A stretch of 64,000 nt of DNA from Bacteroidaceae bacterium (GCA_017429945.1 JAFRNY010000054.1:28451-92450), one strand, 5' to 3'. Shown: positions 42,018-54,100, counted from the first letter of the stretch. Program-made: numbers and translations. The notes: generated from the letters alone by a model not told the origin.

Positions 42018-45000
42018 TTAGAGATTAATCTTAACACCAAGGTTGAATGAGCGTCCTGACGTGAGATAGCCGGCATCGATGCCCTGCTGCAGCACGCTGT
42101 TGCCCATGGAGAACTCGGGATCGGAACCGAGGTACTTGGTGACGGTGAACACATTAGTGGCACGTGCCCATACGGTGATACCCTGGATGTAGGTGTTGTT
42201 GATGGGCAGCTTGTAGCTGAGCGTGACGTTCTTCAGTCGCAGGTAGGAGCCATCCTCAATCCAGCGGTCGCTGAAAGCGCTGTTGCCCATGGGGTCGCCA
42301 TACTGTGCTGACGGGATATCTGTGACCTGTCCTTCGTAGGCCCAGCGGTTGAGGAGTGCCGTGGTCTGGTTCATGAATCGTGAGCCTGACTCGAGCTGCT
42401 GGCGCATGTAGTTGTAGACGTCGCCTCCGAGGCTGTAGTTGAAGTTGACGTCGAGTGTCAGGCGCTTGTAGCTGAGGCTGCTCCAGATGTTGCCGTAGAT
42501 GTCGGGGTTGGCATCGCCAATGACGGTGCGGTCGGCATCGTTGATCTGTCCGTTGCCATCGACGTCCATATACTTGACATCACCGGCCGAGAAGTAGTCC
42601 TTGGTGACGCCGTCGGCGCGGAGGCGGTAGAGGCCGTCGGCCTCAGCTTCCTCGCTGGTGGCATATACGATGGTTCCGTTCTGTGTGGGCTGCGTCTTCA
42701 GGCCGTAGAAGGTGTTGATGGACTGGCCCACCTGGCTGCGGATAGTGGCACCGAGAATCTCATGGTCGTCGTAGAGAGCACCGTCGGGGAGCTCTGTGAG
42801 GCGGTTGACGTAGTGTCCCATGCTGGCACCTGCACTCCAGTTCCAGTTGTTGCCAGAGATGAGGTGAGCAGAGAAGTTGACATCGAAGCCCTCGTTCTCG
42901 AGGCTGCCGCCGTTGGTCCAGTTCTGCTGAATACCAGAGAGGAAGTTGAGCGAGCGGAGGGTGAGGAGGTTTGACGTCCAGCTCTTGAAGTAGTTGAAGC
43001 CTGCAGCGAGGCGGTTGTTGAGGAATCGTCCCTCGATACCGGCGTTGAAACGACGCGTGGTCTCCCACTTGAGCTCGGAGTTACCGATGTTCTCAAGGCT
43101 AAGACCTGGAATCTGACCGAGGAAGAGCGTGCTCTTGAAATAGCTGTGCGAAGCGTCGTAGGGGAGGTTGTCGTTGCCGCTGAGGCCATAGCCTGCTGTG
43201 AGCTTCAGGTAGTCGATGCCATTGACATCGAACCACTGCTCGTTGGAGACAACCCAGCCAGCCTGGATGCTGGGGAAGATGCCCCATACGACGCCGCCGA
43301 GCTTAAGGCCTCCCTTAGCATCGTGGCCGAACTGGGAGTTGGTCTCCATGGCGAGGTCGCCCTGGAGGTAGTAGCGGTTGGCATAGTTGTACTTAGCCTG
43401 GCCGTACCAAGTGAGCGTGGCCCACTTCTCGATATTGCCACCAATCTGCTTCTGCTGCGTGCCGGAGATAAGAGGCGTCTTATCGTTACCGGTGTTGTAG
43501 CCGTTCTGGGTGGTGACGGTGTAGCTCTGGTTGAAGAAGCGGAAGCCGCCGGTGAGGTCGATCTGATGACCGTCGTAGCGGTTGTTCCACTCAACCTTCG
43601 TGTCGCTGATGACATCGTTCTGCTTGCTATAGAGCGAGCCGATCATGTTGTCCATCTTCTGGTGGAAGGCGGCGACGTAGAAACGAGGCACACCATTCAT
43701 GGGGATATAGCGTTTCTCGTTGGTGTTGACGAGGTTGTAGCTGAAGAGCGAGCTGAACTTGAGATGCTTGTTGGGATGCCAAGAAGGAGTGATGGCCAGC
43801 GAGAGGAACGAGTTGTCGAAATAGTTCTTGTTCTGCGCAGTACCGTACTCGAGGATGGCCAGCGGGTTGGCGAGCTCATAGTTCTCGTTGTTGAGCTGGC
43901 TGACCTCTGCGAGGTAGTCCTCATCGTCGATATCGAGGTGAGCCTTGTTGATGGTGCCAGGGCCGAGCGAGCTTGCTACGAAGCTGTAGGGGCTGAGCAT
44001 TGGTGACTTGGCATAGCCGAGAAAATTGAGCGACGTGACGGTGCTGTTGTCGTAGTCAGAGGGAGCGCCTGTGTCGTAGACCTTACGGGTAGTGTTGCTG
44101 AACGAAGCATCGAAGCGGAAGTCGATGTAGTCGTTGATCTTGATATCCGTGTTGAAACGGATGTTGAGACGGTTGAAGTTGCCCTCCTCGATGGTCTCGC
44201 CGGCATGGGTGTAGCCGAGCGAAAGCATATAGTTGGCAACGTCGCCACCACCCTGCACGCTCAGACCGTAGTTCTGAGTTACGGCTTCCTTGGTGAGGAG
44301 GTCGGCCCAGTTGGTGTTGTTGTTGTACTTGTTGACCCAATAGTTATAGTTGTAGGGGTCGGCAGGGTTGTAGGTGCGCTCGTCGAGGAACTTGAACGAC
44401 TGCAGCTTGGAACCTACGGTGCCGAGGAGGCTGCTGGCGTAGGTCTTGTACTGCGAACCGGACATAACGTCGTAGTGGCGCGGGACGAGTTCTATGCCTA
44501 CGGAAGCGGAAGCATCGATGCGCGTGGCCAGCGACGTGTTGCGCTTGGTGCGGATGTAGATGACGCCATTAGCACCCTTTGCACCATAGATTGCCGTTCC
44601 GTTCTTCATCACCTCTACGCTCTCGATATCGTTGACGTTGAGGTTGGCAAGTACATCGTTGTAGAAGCCCTGGTGGAGCATCTCACGGCCATACTGCATC
44701 TCGGTTATGACGCCGTCGATTACGATGAGCGGCTGGGCATTGATCATGTAAGACCCTACCCCACTGATCTGCATGTAGCTGCCGAGAGCTGTGAGGCCAC
44801 TGCGCTGGTTGGCGAGGACATCGGCTCCGAGGCGGCTCTGAATCTCTGAGGCGATATTGGTTGCGTCAGAGATAGTGAAGTCTGATGTACGTGAGTTGTT
44901 GAGGATATTGTCGTCGGCACCATAGAGGGCACGTGCGGCATCGCTCTGAAGAACGATATCGCGCAAACGGCCGCTCTCGTTGAGGCCTACGCGGACGGTG

Positions 45001-45314
45001 TTGTAGCCAGGGATGGTGACCTCTACTGCAGAGCTGTAGAGAGGCACTTTCATGGTGAAGGAGCCGTCCTCATCGGTGAGGGCTGAATAGCCTTCGCCAG
45101 CGATGGACTTGACGAGTACACCGGCGAGGGGCGCATGGCCCTGCTGGCTCACTACGCGACCGCTGATCTCGCGGGTGGGCTCATCTTTCTTCGCCACCTG
45201 ACGTTTTTTTACGAGAACGGTGTCAACATCTTCGTAGTCGACCTCGTCCTGAGCATAAGTTGCCAGCGGCAACGTCAAGCACGCTGTGAGGAAAAATAGA
45301 CCTAAATGTTTCAT
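42018..45314 (-). CDS. SusC/RagA-family TonB-dependent outer-membrane transporter
   Basis: CarboxypepD_reg-like start (ISGRVVSQQGHAPLAGVLV), plug (NGVIYIRTKR), ~1100 aa, C-terminal RSFNLGVKINL strand. Confidence 0.9.
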   Translation of the reverse strand: MKHLGLFFLTACLTLPLATYAQDEVDYEDVDTVLVKKRQVAKKDEPTREISGRVVSQQGHAPLAGVLVKSIAGEGYSALTDEDGSFTMKVPLYSSAVEVTIPGYNTVRVGLNESGRLRDIVLQSDAARALYGADDNILNNSRTSDFTISDATNIASEIQSRLGADVLANQRSGLTALGSYMQISGVGSYMINAQPLIVIDGVITEMQYGREMLHQGFYNDVLANLNVNDIESVEVMKNGTAIYGAKGANGVIYIRTKRNTSLATRIDASASVGIELVPRHYDVMSGSQYKTYASSLLGTVGSKLQSFKFLDERTYNPADPYNYNYWVNKYNNNTNWADLLTKEAVTQNYGLSVQGGGDVANYMLSLGYTHAGETIEEGNFNRLNIRFNTDIKINDYIDFRFDASFSNTTRKVYDTGAPSDYDNSTVTSLNFLGYAKSPMLSPYSFVASSLGPGTINKAHLDIDDEDYLAEVSQLNNENYELANPLAILEYGTAQNKNYFDNSFLSLAITPSWHPNKHLKFSSLFSYNLVNTNEKRYIPMNGVPRFYVAAFHQKMDNMIGSLYSKQNDVISDTKVEWNNRYDGHQIDLTGGFRFFNQSYTVTTQNGYNTGNDKTPLISGTQQKQIGGNIEKWATLTWYGQAKYNYANRYYLQGDLAMETNSQFGHDAKGGLKLGGVVWGIFPSIQAGWVVSNEQWFDVNGIDYLKLTAGYGLSGNDNLPYDASHSYFKSTLFLGQIPGLSLENIGNSELKWETTRRFNAGIEGRFLNNRLAAGFNYFKSWTSNLLTLRSLNFLSGIQQNWTNGGSLENEGFDVNFSAHLISGNNWNWSAGASMGHYVNRLTELPDGALYDDHEILGATIRSQVGQSINTFYGLKTQPTQNGTIVYATSEEAEADGLYRLRADGVTKDYFSAGDVKYMDVDGNGQINDADRTVIGDANPDIYGNIWSSLSYKRLTLDVNFNYSLGGDVYNYMRQQLESGSRFMNQTTALLNRWAYEGQVTDIPSAQYGDPMGNSAFSDRWIEDGSYLRLKNVTLSYKLPINNTYIQGITVWARATNVFTVTKYLGSDPEFSMGNSVLQQGIDAGYLTSGRSFNLGVKINL

Positions 45315-47206
45315 TGTTCTCTGTATTCTTTAATGTTAGACAAATCGAGCTGATAGGCCTTGGCCTCTTCCTCGGTTTCGAAAGCGATGTAGATAATGCG
45401 GTTGATGCGCATGATGTTGGTCATACGGTTGTTGTTGATGTCCGATGCACGCACCGAGGTGGTGAGACGATAGCGGATGGCGGGATCGACAGTGCCTACG
45501 GCGTTCATACCGGAGACTGATGTGTGGAAAGCCTTGTCGATGCAGATGACGTCGACCTGGTCGCCGGTGGTGTCGAAGTTGGTGCCCTCGCCATGAGTCT
45601 CGCCCTCGGGCACGGGCAGGATGTGACGGTTGTCGAGGTTGGGACGTGCGAACTCAAGATCCTCGTTGGGGTCGGTGGTGCCATCGGTGCGGATGTCCAT
45701 CTCACGCTCGTGGCGATAGACGTTGAAGCGTGTGGGGCGCACCTGAGCCTCGGTATAGCCGTCCGCATTAGCAAATGCCGGCACCATGACGACATATACA
45801 TTATAGTATACGTTCGAGAGAGTGTTGGGCAGGTAGAAATAGACTGAGCTGTTGCGGTTGACAACATTCTGGTAGGTCTCAGGGGCTATCTCTACGTAGT
45901 TGCCTTCCTTGAGGAGCGACTTGAAGTTGATGACTTGGCCGTTGTAGGTGATAGAGTCGAGCGCTGTGCGGTTTGTCATCGACACCTGAGCCTGAGGCTC
46001 GGAGTTGACCATGATACGCGGTGTGCCGCGGTGGCGCATATTCGAGCCAAGGATATAGCGGTCCTGCATGAAGGTGAGCTTCGGGTCGACGCGGCCTTCA
46101 TTGTCGAGGTAAACGATGCCGTTGGAGCAGACCGTCTGCTGCAGGCCGTCGAGGATGCCCTCGTTGGTCTCAGGATTCCAAGCAGCCTTGGGGTTCTGGA
46201 AGACGTTGAGTCCGTGGTAGGCGCTTTGATTGACGTACATCGTGTTGAAGAGCGAATCCTCATAATTGTTGCGCTGGCTATTGAGGTTGAAAACTCGACC
46301 ACGGATGATAGCCATATCAGCGTTGAGTGCAGCTACAGAGTCGCGGTTCTCCATCTTGTTGACGTAGTGGAAGTACTTGCTGTACTTGGCGTACTCACGT
46401 TTCCAGAGGTCGGTGGTAGGAGCCAGGAACATATAGGAGCTGTCCTCGCGCTGGATGTAGCCCAGACGATTGTAAAGCTGGTTGTTGAGGTTGGTTACGG
46501 AGTCGGCATATACGACTTCGCCGTCGACAACACCCATCTGCACGGACGAGCTCTCATCCAGTTCATACTCATCGAACATACGATAGTAAGCTGCCAGGCT
46601 GTCGGTCTGAGGATTCAGAGCCATGGCCTCACGTACGTTGGGGAAGAATGTCTCCTTTGTGCCAAGCTTATACATGATGCCGTTTGATGCAATCAGGTTC
46701 TTCTTAAGGAATGGCACGCCGTTGAGGTCGTTGGCGGTGAGGATCATGTACTTGCCGTTCATCATGCGGATGGAGTCGGCATAAGTTGAGCTGACGGAGC
46801 GTCCGTAGAGCGCCATATGGTTCTGCATGAACTGCGTGATGGCAGTGTTATCCTTGTCCTTTGTGTTGCGCTGCGAGCCGTCGGGCATGGTCACGAGCAG
46901 GCGCTTCTGTTCGTCGTAGAGGCTGATGACGCTGTCGGCCTGAGCCGCAGAGAGCACAGGAGCCCACAAGGTGAGCGACTGTGGCGATGCGAGCACGCGG
47001 TCGTAGCCCACATGCTCTGCCACTCGCAGGAAATTACTCAGGTCGGGGTCTGCCTTGACCAGCTCGAGGAGCGAGGGGGCGTCCGCAGCCGACTCCAGTC
47101 CTTCGCCGCTGTAGTGGTTGTCCCACTCGTCGGCACACGACACCAGGGCGAGTGTGCCGCAAGCCATTGCGAAGGCTAACGATGTGATATATTTATATGT
47201 CTTCAT
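45311..47206 (-). CDS. fasciclin (FAS1) domain lipoprotein
   Basis: Lipoprotein signal (LVSCADE). FAS1 signature (LLELVKADPDLSNFLRVAEHVGYDRVLASPQSLTLWAP). Its stop overlaps the SusC start (ATGA). Confidence 0.75.
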   Translation of the reverse strand: MKTYKYITSLAFAMACGTLALVSCADEWDNHYSGEGLESAADAPSLLELVKADPDLSNFLRVAEHVGYDRVLASPQSLTLWAPVLSAAQADSVISLYDEQKRLLVTMPDGSQRNTKDKDNTAITQFMQNHMALYGRSVSSTYADSIRMMNGKYMILTANDLNGVPFLKKNLIASNGIMYKLGTKETFFPNVREAMALNPQTDSLAAYYRMFDEYELDESSSVQMGVVDGEVVYADSVTNLNNQLYNRLGYIQREDSSYMFLAPTTDLWKREYAKYSKYFHYVNKMENRDSVAALNADMAIIRGRVFNLNSQRNNYEDSLFNTMYVNQSAYHGLNVFQNPKAAWNPETNEGILDGLQQTVCSNGIVYLDNEGRVDPKLTFMQDRYILGSNMRHRGTPRIMVNSEPQAQVSMTNRTALDSITYNGQVINFKSLLKEGNYVEIAPETYQNVVNRNSSVYFYLPNTLSNVYYNVYVVMVPAFANADGYTEAQVRPTRFNVYRHEREMDIRTDGTTDPNEDLEFARPNLDNRHILPVPEGETHGEGTNFDTTGDQVDVICIDKAFHTSVSGMNAVGTVDPAIRYRLTTSVRASDINNNRMTNIMRINRIIYIAFETEEEAKAYQLDLSNIKEYREQ

Positions 47207-47253
47207 ATCTGATTCTTTTCGTTTTAACGTTTAACCGTTTAGCGTAAGGAGCG

Positions 47254-49335
47254 TTAGAGGTCGTCCTCACCCTTGCCTTCGCCTTCGATGCCATAGACGC
47301 TCTTTGGCACAATCTCGAGGTAGTCGAACATAAGCTCGGCACCACCGACGGCGTAAGTAGAGCGAATACGCATGGTGTGCTGGACGTTGCCGTCGAGCAT
47401 GCCTGTGTAAATAAGGCGGCGAACGGTACCATTGTTATTGCAGAAAGGCGAAGAGTTGGAAGCACTCAGCAGGTTGTCGTCCTTGACAGAGCCACCGCCG
47501 GTGCTGATGTTGCGGACGCTGCGCGGACCGTAGTACCAACCTTGGTTGGCCAGTTCCTTACGTGTCTGGTCCTTGGCATCCTGCGAGAGGTTGGTGTAGT
47601 TGGACTTCCAACCTACACGTGCTTCCCATACGCCGGAGAATACGCCACCATTGCCACGCATGTCGAGAGGTATGCCCTGAGGCAGACCATCGACGTAGAA
47701 CTGAGCGATACCACGTGTCGGGATAAGACAGAAGCCGAGTCGGATCTGATACTGACCTGTAGGCACGCTGGGCAGGTTGAAGGTGATGTCGTAAACGTTG
47801 TTGTCGGAACGGAGGTTGAACTCGTCGCCCTCATAGCTCCAATAGTAGTTGCGGCAGCCTTGGTAGATGAAGTCGCCGTCCTCGTTGGTCTCGACATTAT
47901 CGAAATAGCCTTGCGGGAAGATGTAGTTGCGGGCAGCAGCATCCTTAGATGTGGTTGCGTCGCCCTCACCCGTACGAGAGGTACGGATGTCGTTTGTCAT
48001 CAGTTCAGGCCAGATGTCGTAGAAGTCGATACGCATGCGGGTGTTGAAGACTGTGTTGTGGGTGTTCTCACCGTAATCGATGAGGCGGTCGATGTAGTAG
48101 TACACACCATTCACAGCTTCCTGCACGAGACCTTCGCCGACGGTCTGACTTACGATGGCACCGCGGTTGGTGAGGTTCGGGCGGTTGGGATCGTACATGC
48201 GGTTGAGGTAGAGCGTACGAATCTGTGACTGTCCACGGAACTTATTGGTACCGTAGACGTACTCCACCTTAAGCGTCGAGAGAGGTTGCATCGTAGAGTA
48301 CCACTCTGTCGGGTTGATTTCGTTGCGGAAGATGGTGCAATTGGTGTAGAGCTTGCTGTAGAGGGCCTTACGGTCGAGGAGGTGGTAGGCAATCAGCTTG
48401 TTGAGCGGGTTGCGGGGGTCCTTGAGGGCCTCGGCGCTCTTGCCGTAGTACTCCTCGCCGGCGCCTTCGGTATAGATGGTGCAGGCATAGTCGTACATCG
48501 ACTCCCAGTCGGTGATACCGTATTCAGCGCTGAGGATGCTGTCGGGCACGGCAAAGGCTGTGAAGCCATAGTTGCGCGACTGCGGCACCCAGCAGTAGTT
48601 CTGGTGCTCGTGCGAGCGGTAGAGACCTTCCTTGTACTCCCAGTCGCGAGGATCGTAGGAGGGGTCCTTGATGCGCTGCATCTTATCGCTCAGGCCTGTG
48701 ATGTCGAGGCAGGTGTTGAAGATGCTGATAGCGGGGTCCTCGAGCATGATTGTGGGCAGCGTCTGGTTTGACGACTCAGCCACGGTGCTGATGGGGTGTA
48801 CGATACCGTTGTCTACGGAGTCGTTGGCCAGCTCATAGATGACGAGGGCCGAACGGTTGATGCGATAGGTGGTCACGGAGTCATCACCCACGAGCACCTG
48901 TACGGGCTCGCAAGCGAGAGGACGGCCGAGCATGTTCTGATCCTCGATGAAGCCTTGGAGGCCTCCGAGGTCAGCCATGGAATAGAGTTTGTCGACGAGG
49001 AGCGTGCTGGCGATGGTGTCGCAGTCCGACACGCTGAGGTCGTCGATACTGTTAGCGCCATGTGCCTGCAGATACTGCTTCACGGCATCGTTGGTAGGTG
49101 CGAAGCAGGTATAGGTGCCGTAGGTCGAGAGGAGCTCCATCTTGCCGGCTTTCTCTACGATAGCTGCGAAGTCAGAGAAATCGGCGTTGTTGCGGAGATA
49201 GTCGCTCAGCATCTCGGGCTTGTACGTATATAGGTCCTCGTCGGCGATGTTGTCTCGACATCCGACAAGTGCCACACTCGCAAATGTTACAAACATCAGC
49301 GACAGGCATGTGATATACTTATTAAACTTTTTCAT
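47254..49335 (-). CDS. fasciclin (FAS1) domain lipoprotein
   Basis: Lipoprotein signal (LVGCRDN). FAS1 signature (LSDYLRNNADFSDFAAIVEKAGKMELLSTYGTYTCFAPTNDAV). Confidence 0.75.
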   Translation of the reverse strand: MKKFNKYITCLSLMFVTFASVALVGCRDNIADEDLYTYKPEMLSDYLRNNADFSDFAAIVEKAGKMELLSTYGTYTCFAPTNDAVKQYLQAHGANSIDDLSVSDCDTIASTLLVDKLYSMADLGGLQGFIEDQNMLGRPLACEPVQVLVGDDSVTTYRINRSALVIYELANDSVDNGIVHPISTVAESSNQTLPTIMLEDPAISIFNTCLDITGLSDKMQRIKDPSYDPRDWEYKEGLYRSHEHQNYCWVPQSRNYGFTAFAVPDSILSAEYGITDWESMYDYACTIYTEGAGEEYYGKSAEALKDPRNPLNKLIAYHLLDRKALYSKLYTNCTIFRNEINPTEWYSTMQPLSTLKVEYVYGTNKFRGQSQIRTLYLNRMYDPNRPNLTNRGAIVSQTVGEGLVQEAVNGVYYYIDRLIDYGENTHNTVFNTRMRIDFYDIWPELMTNDIRTSRTGEGDATTSKDAAARNYIFPQGYFDNVETNEDGDFIYQGCRNYYWSYEGDEFNLRSDNNVYDITFNLPSVPTGQYQIRLGFCLIPTRGIAQFYVDGLPQGIPLDMRGNGGVFSGVWEARVGWKSNYTNLSQDAKDQTRKELANQGWYYGPRSVRNISTGGGSVKDDNLLSASNSSPFCNNNGTVRRLIYTGMLDGNVQHTMRIRSTYAVGGAELMFDYLEIVPKSVYGIEGEGKGEDDL

Positions 49336-49354
49336 AATGCCAAAAACTTAACCA

Positions 49355-51139
49355 TTATTCGTTAATATCATAGGTTGTCCGGCCGGCACCATAGATGCTC
49401 TTCTGGACGAGATAAGGATTCACCTGGCATTCTTCCTTGGCGTATGGCCAGAAGAGGTAAGGCATGCTGGGGAAGAGGCCTGTGCCGCCGCTGCTGATCT
49501 TGGATGTGACGGTGTTGCGTACGACATCGGTATTGCCGTCGAAGCGTGCGTAGCGGACGAGGTCGAAGAAGCGCTTGCCCTCGAACATCAGCTCGGCATT
49601 GCGCTCCTTGCGGAGGATCTGCATGAGGGGACCGCGGTGAGTAGCATCGGAGCTTGTAGCAACGTAGTACTTCGTGCGGTCGGTGACCGAGCGTGAGTTG
49701 ACGAGGTAGATGAGGTCGAAGGCTTTTTCGAGCAGAGCCTTGTTCTCGTCGGTCTCCTCATCGGTGGCCTTCATCAGGTAGGCCTCAGCCTGCAGGAGCA
49801 TGACGTCTGAGAGGCGATAGAAGATCCAGTTGCGGTCGAAGTCGGAGTGGTGATTGAACGCGCTACCATCCGAGCTGTTGAACTGAATGTTGTTCTGTAC
49901 CCTCGGTTCCAGGTTGAAGTTAGAAGCTACGCCTTTGCGGACGAAGCCTTCGCCGTAGTTCTGGTCGACGGGCTGGAACGAGGTGTAGTAGCGCGTGTCG
50001 TAGTTGTTGGCAAAGAAATCATTCGTGCCGTTGTAAACATCAGAGACGATGTTGGGGTTGACGCCCAGCAGACCGGAACCATTGTTGCCGTCCCTGGTGG
50101 GATAACCTCCGTAGAGGTCGGCGAGGGCTGTGCTCTGAACGTAGCTTGTCTGCGATGAACTGTAGTTGAACGAGAGTTCGAAGATGCTCTCGAAGCTGTT
50201 GCCTACGCCGAAGACAGCATCAGCGACGTTGCCTGCATTGTTCTGTACAGCTTGGTACATCGGGACTATCAGGCCGTGGGGTGCGGTGAGCAACTGCGGA
50301 GCGCTGAATGTGAGCGATGTCTGTCGGCTGTACTCGCGCTCGTAGTCCTTGCGCTTGGCATCGAGAACCTCGTCGGCGCAAGCGATGGCTTTGTCGAAAT
50401 TACGCTGCCAGAGGTACATCTCGCAGAGCATGGCGTTGATGGCCGGGCGAGTGATGCGGTTGCAGTTGCTGTTGTAGTTACGGCCTACACCGTCCTGATT
50501 TTGGTCGATTGAAGCATGATGCTCCAGAGCGTAGGGCTTGACGGCCTCGAGGTCCTTGATGATTTCGCCAAGTACGAAGTCGAAGCTGCTGGCGGGCTGG
50601 TACTGCACCTCATCTTCCTGCGTCACGGCGTCGCGTGTGAAAGGCACCTCGTCGAAAGCTCTGATAAGATAGAAGTAACAGAGCGAGCGGAGTGCTGTCA
50701 TCTCAGCAATAGTAGCCTGTACGTCGCTGGAGCGATACGATGGATCTTTCTCCGATACGAGGGGTGCTTTGCGGATGATGGTATTGCACTTGTTGATCAC
50801 CTCATAGAAGATGTTCCACTTGCAATAGCTGTTGGTGGTGAGGAGGTTCTCGCGCAGGGCCTGATAGAGGTCTTCATTGTCCTGCACCTTTGAACCCGGG
50901 TAAATATTCTCGCTGCGGAGCTCTCCCCAAACGATGCATCTGCGAATGAAGGCGTCGCTCTGCATCGAGGCGTAGCATCCAGCAACCATTTGATCGACGT
51001 CGGTCTTCTCGTTCCAGAAGTTGTCCTCGGTGACGATGTCGCGAGGCTTAATCTCGAGGAAGTCGCTGCAACCGACGAGTGCGAGGCTGAGCAATCCCAG
51101 CACTGCACCAGTTCTTATTGTATTATGTAACTGTTTCAT
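49355..51139 (-). CDS. RagB/SusD-family outer-membrane lipoprotein
   Basis: Lipoprotein signal (LVGCSDF). SusD-like motifs (NFWNEKTDVDQ, RSLCYFYLIRAF, LLQAEAY, RKERNAELMFEGKRFFDLVR). Confidence 0.9.
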   Translation of the reverse strand: MKQLHNTIRTGAVLGLLSLALVGCSDFLEIKPRDIVTEDNFWNEKTDVDQMVAGCYASMQSDAFIRRCIVWGELRSENIYPGSKVQDNEDLYQALRENLLTTNSYCKWNIFYEVINKCNTIIRKAPLVSEKDPSYRSSDVQATIAEMTALRSLCYFYLIRAFDEVPFTRDAVTQEDEVQYQPASSFDFVLGEIIKDLEAVKPYALEHHASIDQNQDGVGRNYNSNCNRITRPAINAMLCEMYLWQRNFDKAIACADEVLDAKRKDYEREYSRQTSLTFSAPQLLTAPHGLIVPMYQAVQNNAGNVADAVFGVGNSFESIFELSFNYSSSQTSYVQSTALADLYGGYPTRDGNNGSGLLGVNPNIVSDVYNGTNDFFANNYDTRYYTSFQPVDQNYGEGFVRKGVASNFNLEPRVQNNIQFNSSDGSAFNHHSDFDRNWIFYRLSDVMLLQAEAYLMKATDEETDENKALLEKAFDLIYLVNSRSVTDRTKYYVATSSDATHRGPLMQILRKERNAELMFEGKRFFDLVRYARFDGNTDVVRNTVTSKISSGGTGLFPSMPYLFWPYAKEECQVNPYLVQKSIYGAGRTTYDINE

Positions 51140-51160
51140 ATTGGTAAGGATTGCTTAGTG

Positions 51161-54100
51161 TTAGAAACCTACTGTCACGCCGACGGTGTAAGACTTCGAG
51201 CGCGGTGTCTTCGAGGAGTCGGTGGTGACACCGTAGCCGCCGTAGCCAATCTCGGGGTCAACGCCGGAGTACCTGGTCAGGCAGAAGAGGTTGTTGGCGC
51301 TGGCGTAGAAGTTGAGAGTCTTCATGTGCCAGTTCTTGAGCAGTTTGGGATCGAAGCTGTAGTTGATCTGCAGGTAGTTCAGACGCAGGAACGAGCCGTC
51401 CTCCACGAAGCGGTCGCTGATGAGGGTGTTGTAGTTGCTCGAGTTGCCGAACATCGCACGTGGTATCGATGTGATGTCGCCCTCCTTACGCCAACGGTAG
51501 TTGACGGCCTGGCTCTGGTTGTTGTTGCTGACCATGGCCTCCATGTCGAGGCGTGCCATGTTCAAGATGTCGTAATCGATACGATAGTTGAAGTTAGCAC
51601 GCAGTGCCCAGCGGTCGTAGTGGAGCGTGAAACCGAAACCACCATTGAGGCGCGGCAGTGAGTTGCCGAGGTAAACGAGGTCGCTCTGGTTGATGTTACC
51701 GTCGTTGTTGATGTCCTCGTAGATGGCATCACCGCCCTTGAAGTAGTAACCGGAATTAGTCTCGGGCTTGTAGGCGAAGCGCATCTGTACGGGATCGCCC
51801 TTGGCGTCCTTGACGTAGTTGCCAGAAGCTCCGATAGCGATAGGATAGGTCTTGCCGGCATTGATGTTTTCCTGGAGGATGTTGGTGCCGTTGGCCTGGT
51901 CAGCACGTGCGAGGTCGCGCGCGGTATTATAGTTGTACTGATAAACGCCCTTGCTGCGGAAACCGTAGATAGAGCCGAAGGGGTTGTTGAGCTGCACGCG
52001 CTGGAGCACGGAGCGGTTGCCTTCGGCCCAGTCGATATTGAGGGTCTTCAGCACGAGGGGGTCCATCTTGGTGATGACGTTGCGGTTGTTGGCGAAGTTG
52101 ACGTAGGCGTCGAGGTAGAACTTACCCTTCTTGAGCAGACGCTCGCCGAGGAACTGCACCTCCCAACCTTCGTTCTTCATGTCGCCGACATTGCGGTAGC
52201 GCAGGCTGCTCCAACCGTTGGAGGTCGGGATGAGCGCCGTAGGCATAAGCATGTCCTTCGTAGTGCGGCGATAGAGGTCGACAACGATCTTGAAGCGATC
52301 TTCGAAGAAGTTAAGGTCAATACCGAGGTTCCAAGTGTAGACCTGCTCCCACTTGAAGTCGGTGAGCTTCAGGCCGCTGGGGTTCATGACCACCTGATTC
52401 AGGTAGCGCACGCCGGAAGCGTAGGTATTGAGGTAGAGGTAGTCCTGCGTAGGAGCATTACCTGTGTAACCCCAACCCGGACGCACGGCAAAGAGGCTCA
52501 TCTTACTCTTGTCGCGGATGGTCTTCATCCAAGGCTCATCGCTGATAATCCACTTTCCGGATACAGCTGGGAAGATACCCCAACGGCTGTTCTCGCCGAA
52601 CTTGGTGGTGGCGTCAGCACGCATCGAATAGTCGAAGATATAGCGCCCTTTGAAGGCGTAGTGAGTGGAGAAGGTCCAGTAGAGTGAGCGCCACTCACTG
52701 AAGCCGGAGCCCATGCCCGTGACGTTACCGCCGGCGGTGACGCTCTCGAGGCGGTTAGGCAGACGGTTGATGTCGGTGCTCTGGTTGCTGGAGCTACCGC
52801 TGACGAGCTGGAAACGTCCGAGAGCCATGAGCTGGTGGTCTTCGTTGTTGAAGTGGGGACGGAATGTCAGCGTGTGGGTCGTCGTGAAGGCGAGGTTCTT
52901 GCGGCTGTAGCTGTAGGCGCGGCCTATATCATGATAGTTGTTGCTCAGGAGCGAGCGCGGGAAACTCTGGTCGGTGTAGTCGTTGTAGACATTCATTACG
53001 ACGCGTCCGTTGTAGCGCAGCTGGGTGTGGTCTTCATCCAGCCCTAGGAGCTTGTACTCAAGCTCGAGTTCAGGCGAGATATCGTAGGTCGTCTGAGTGT
53101 TCTTGGCGTACTTGGCCGAAGCGAGCGGGTTGTGGGAGTCGCGCTGGTCGTTGAAGTTAGCCGACTGTTCTGCTGTGAGCTGTCCGTAGCCAGTGAATGC
53201 GTACTGAGGCACGATGTAGTACTCGCCAGTATTGTATTCGTTGCCGTTCTCGTCGCGCAGCCAGCGGTAGGGCGAGAGGTTAGGCATCTTGGTGTAAGCT
53301 ATACCGAGGAGGCCGTCGTAGTTACGGTTGTTCTTGGTATAGGTAAGCGAGAAGTTGGAGATGATCTTGATGCGGTCGTTGACGTAGTAGTCGAGGGCCA
53401 TACGTGTGGAGAAGCGGTTGAGTTTCTGCTCGATGATAGTACCGGTCTCGTGGTCGTAACCGCCGGAGATGCGGAAGAGGGTCTTCTCATCACCGCCCGA
53501 TACGCTGACGTAGTGGTTCTGGCGCAGACCGTTCTGCTTTACGAGGTCCACCCAGTCGGTGTTCTTATTGAACATGAGGAACTCTGAATAGTTCTCATCG
53601 TAGTTGAGCTCCTGGATCTGACCTACGTAGGTCTGCTGCTGGGGGTTGAAGTAGCTCTCCTTGAGGAGCATGGTGTACTGGTCACCATTGAGCAGCTTGA
53701 TACCTTCGGGCTGGTGGGTCATGGTCATCTTCAGGGAGTAGGTCACCTGAGGTGTACCACGGCGACCGCGCTTGGTCTTGATCTCGATGACACCGTTAGC
53801 ACCCTGCGAACCCCAGATGGCCGTTGCGGCAGCATCCTTGAGCACCTGGATGTCTTCGATGTCCTCGGTGTTGACGTTAAGCAACTGTGCGAACTTCTCC
53901 TCGTTGGCGGTGGCGGTATCGAAGTCTGAGAGGTCGACGTTCCAAACGTTGCCGTTTACTACGATAAGAGGTTCGTTGGAGGTGAGGGTAGATACGGTCG
54001 AGGCACCACGCAGACGCATGCTCGTGCCGGCGCCGAGGTCACCAGAGTTGGCCACGATGTCGAGACCTGCGATACGTCCCTGCAGGGCTTCGTCGACAGA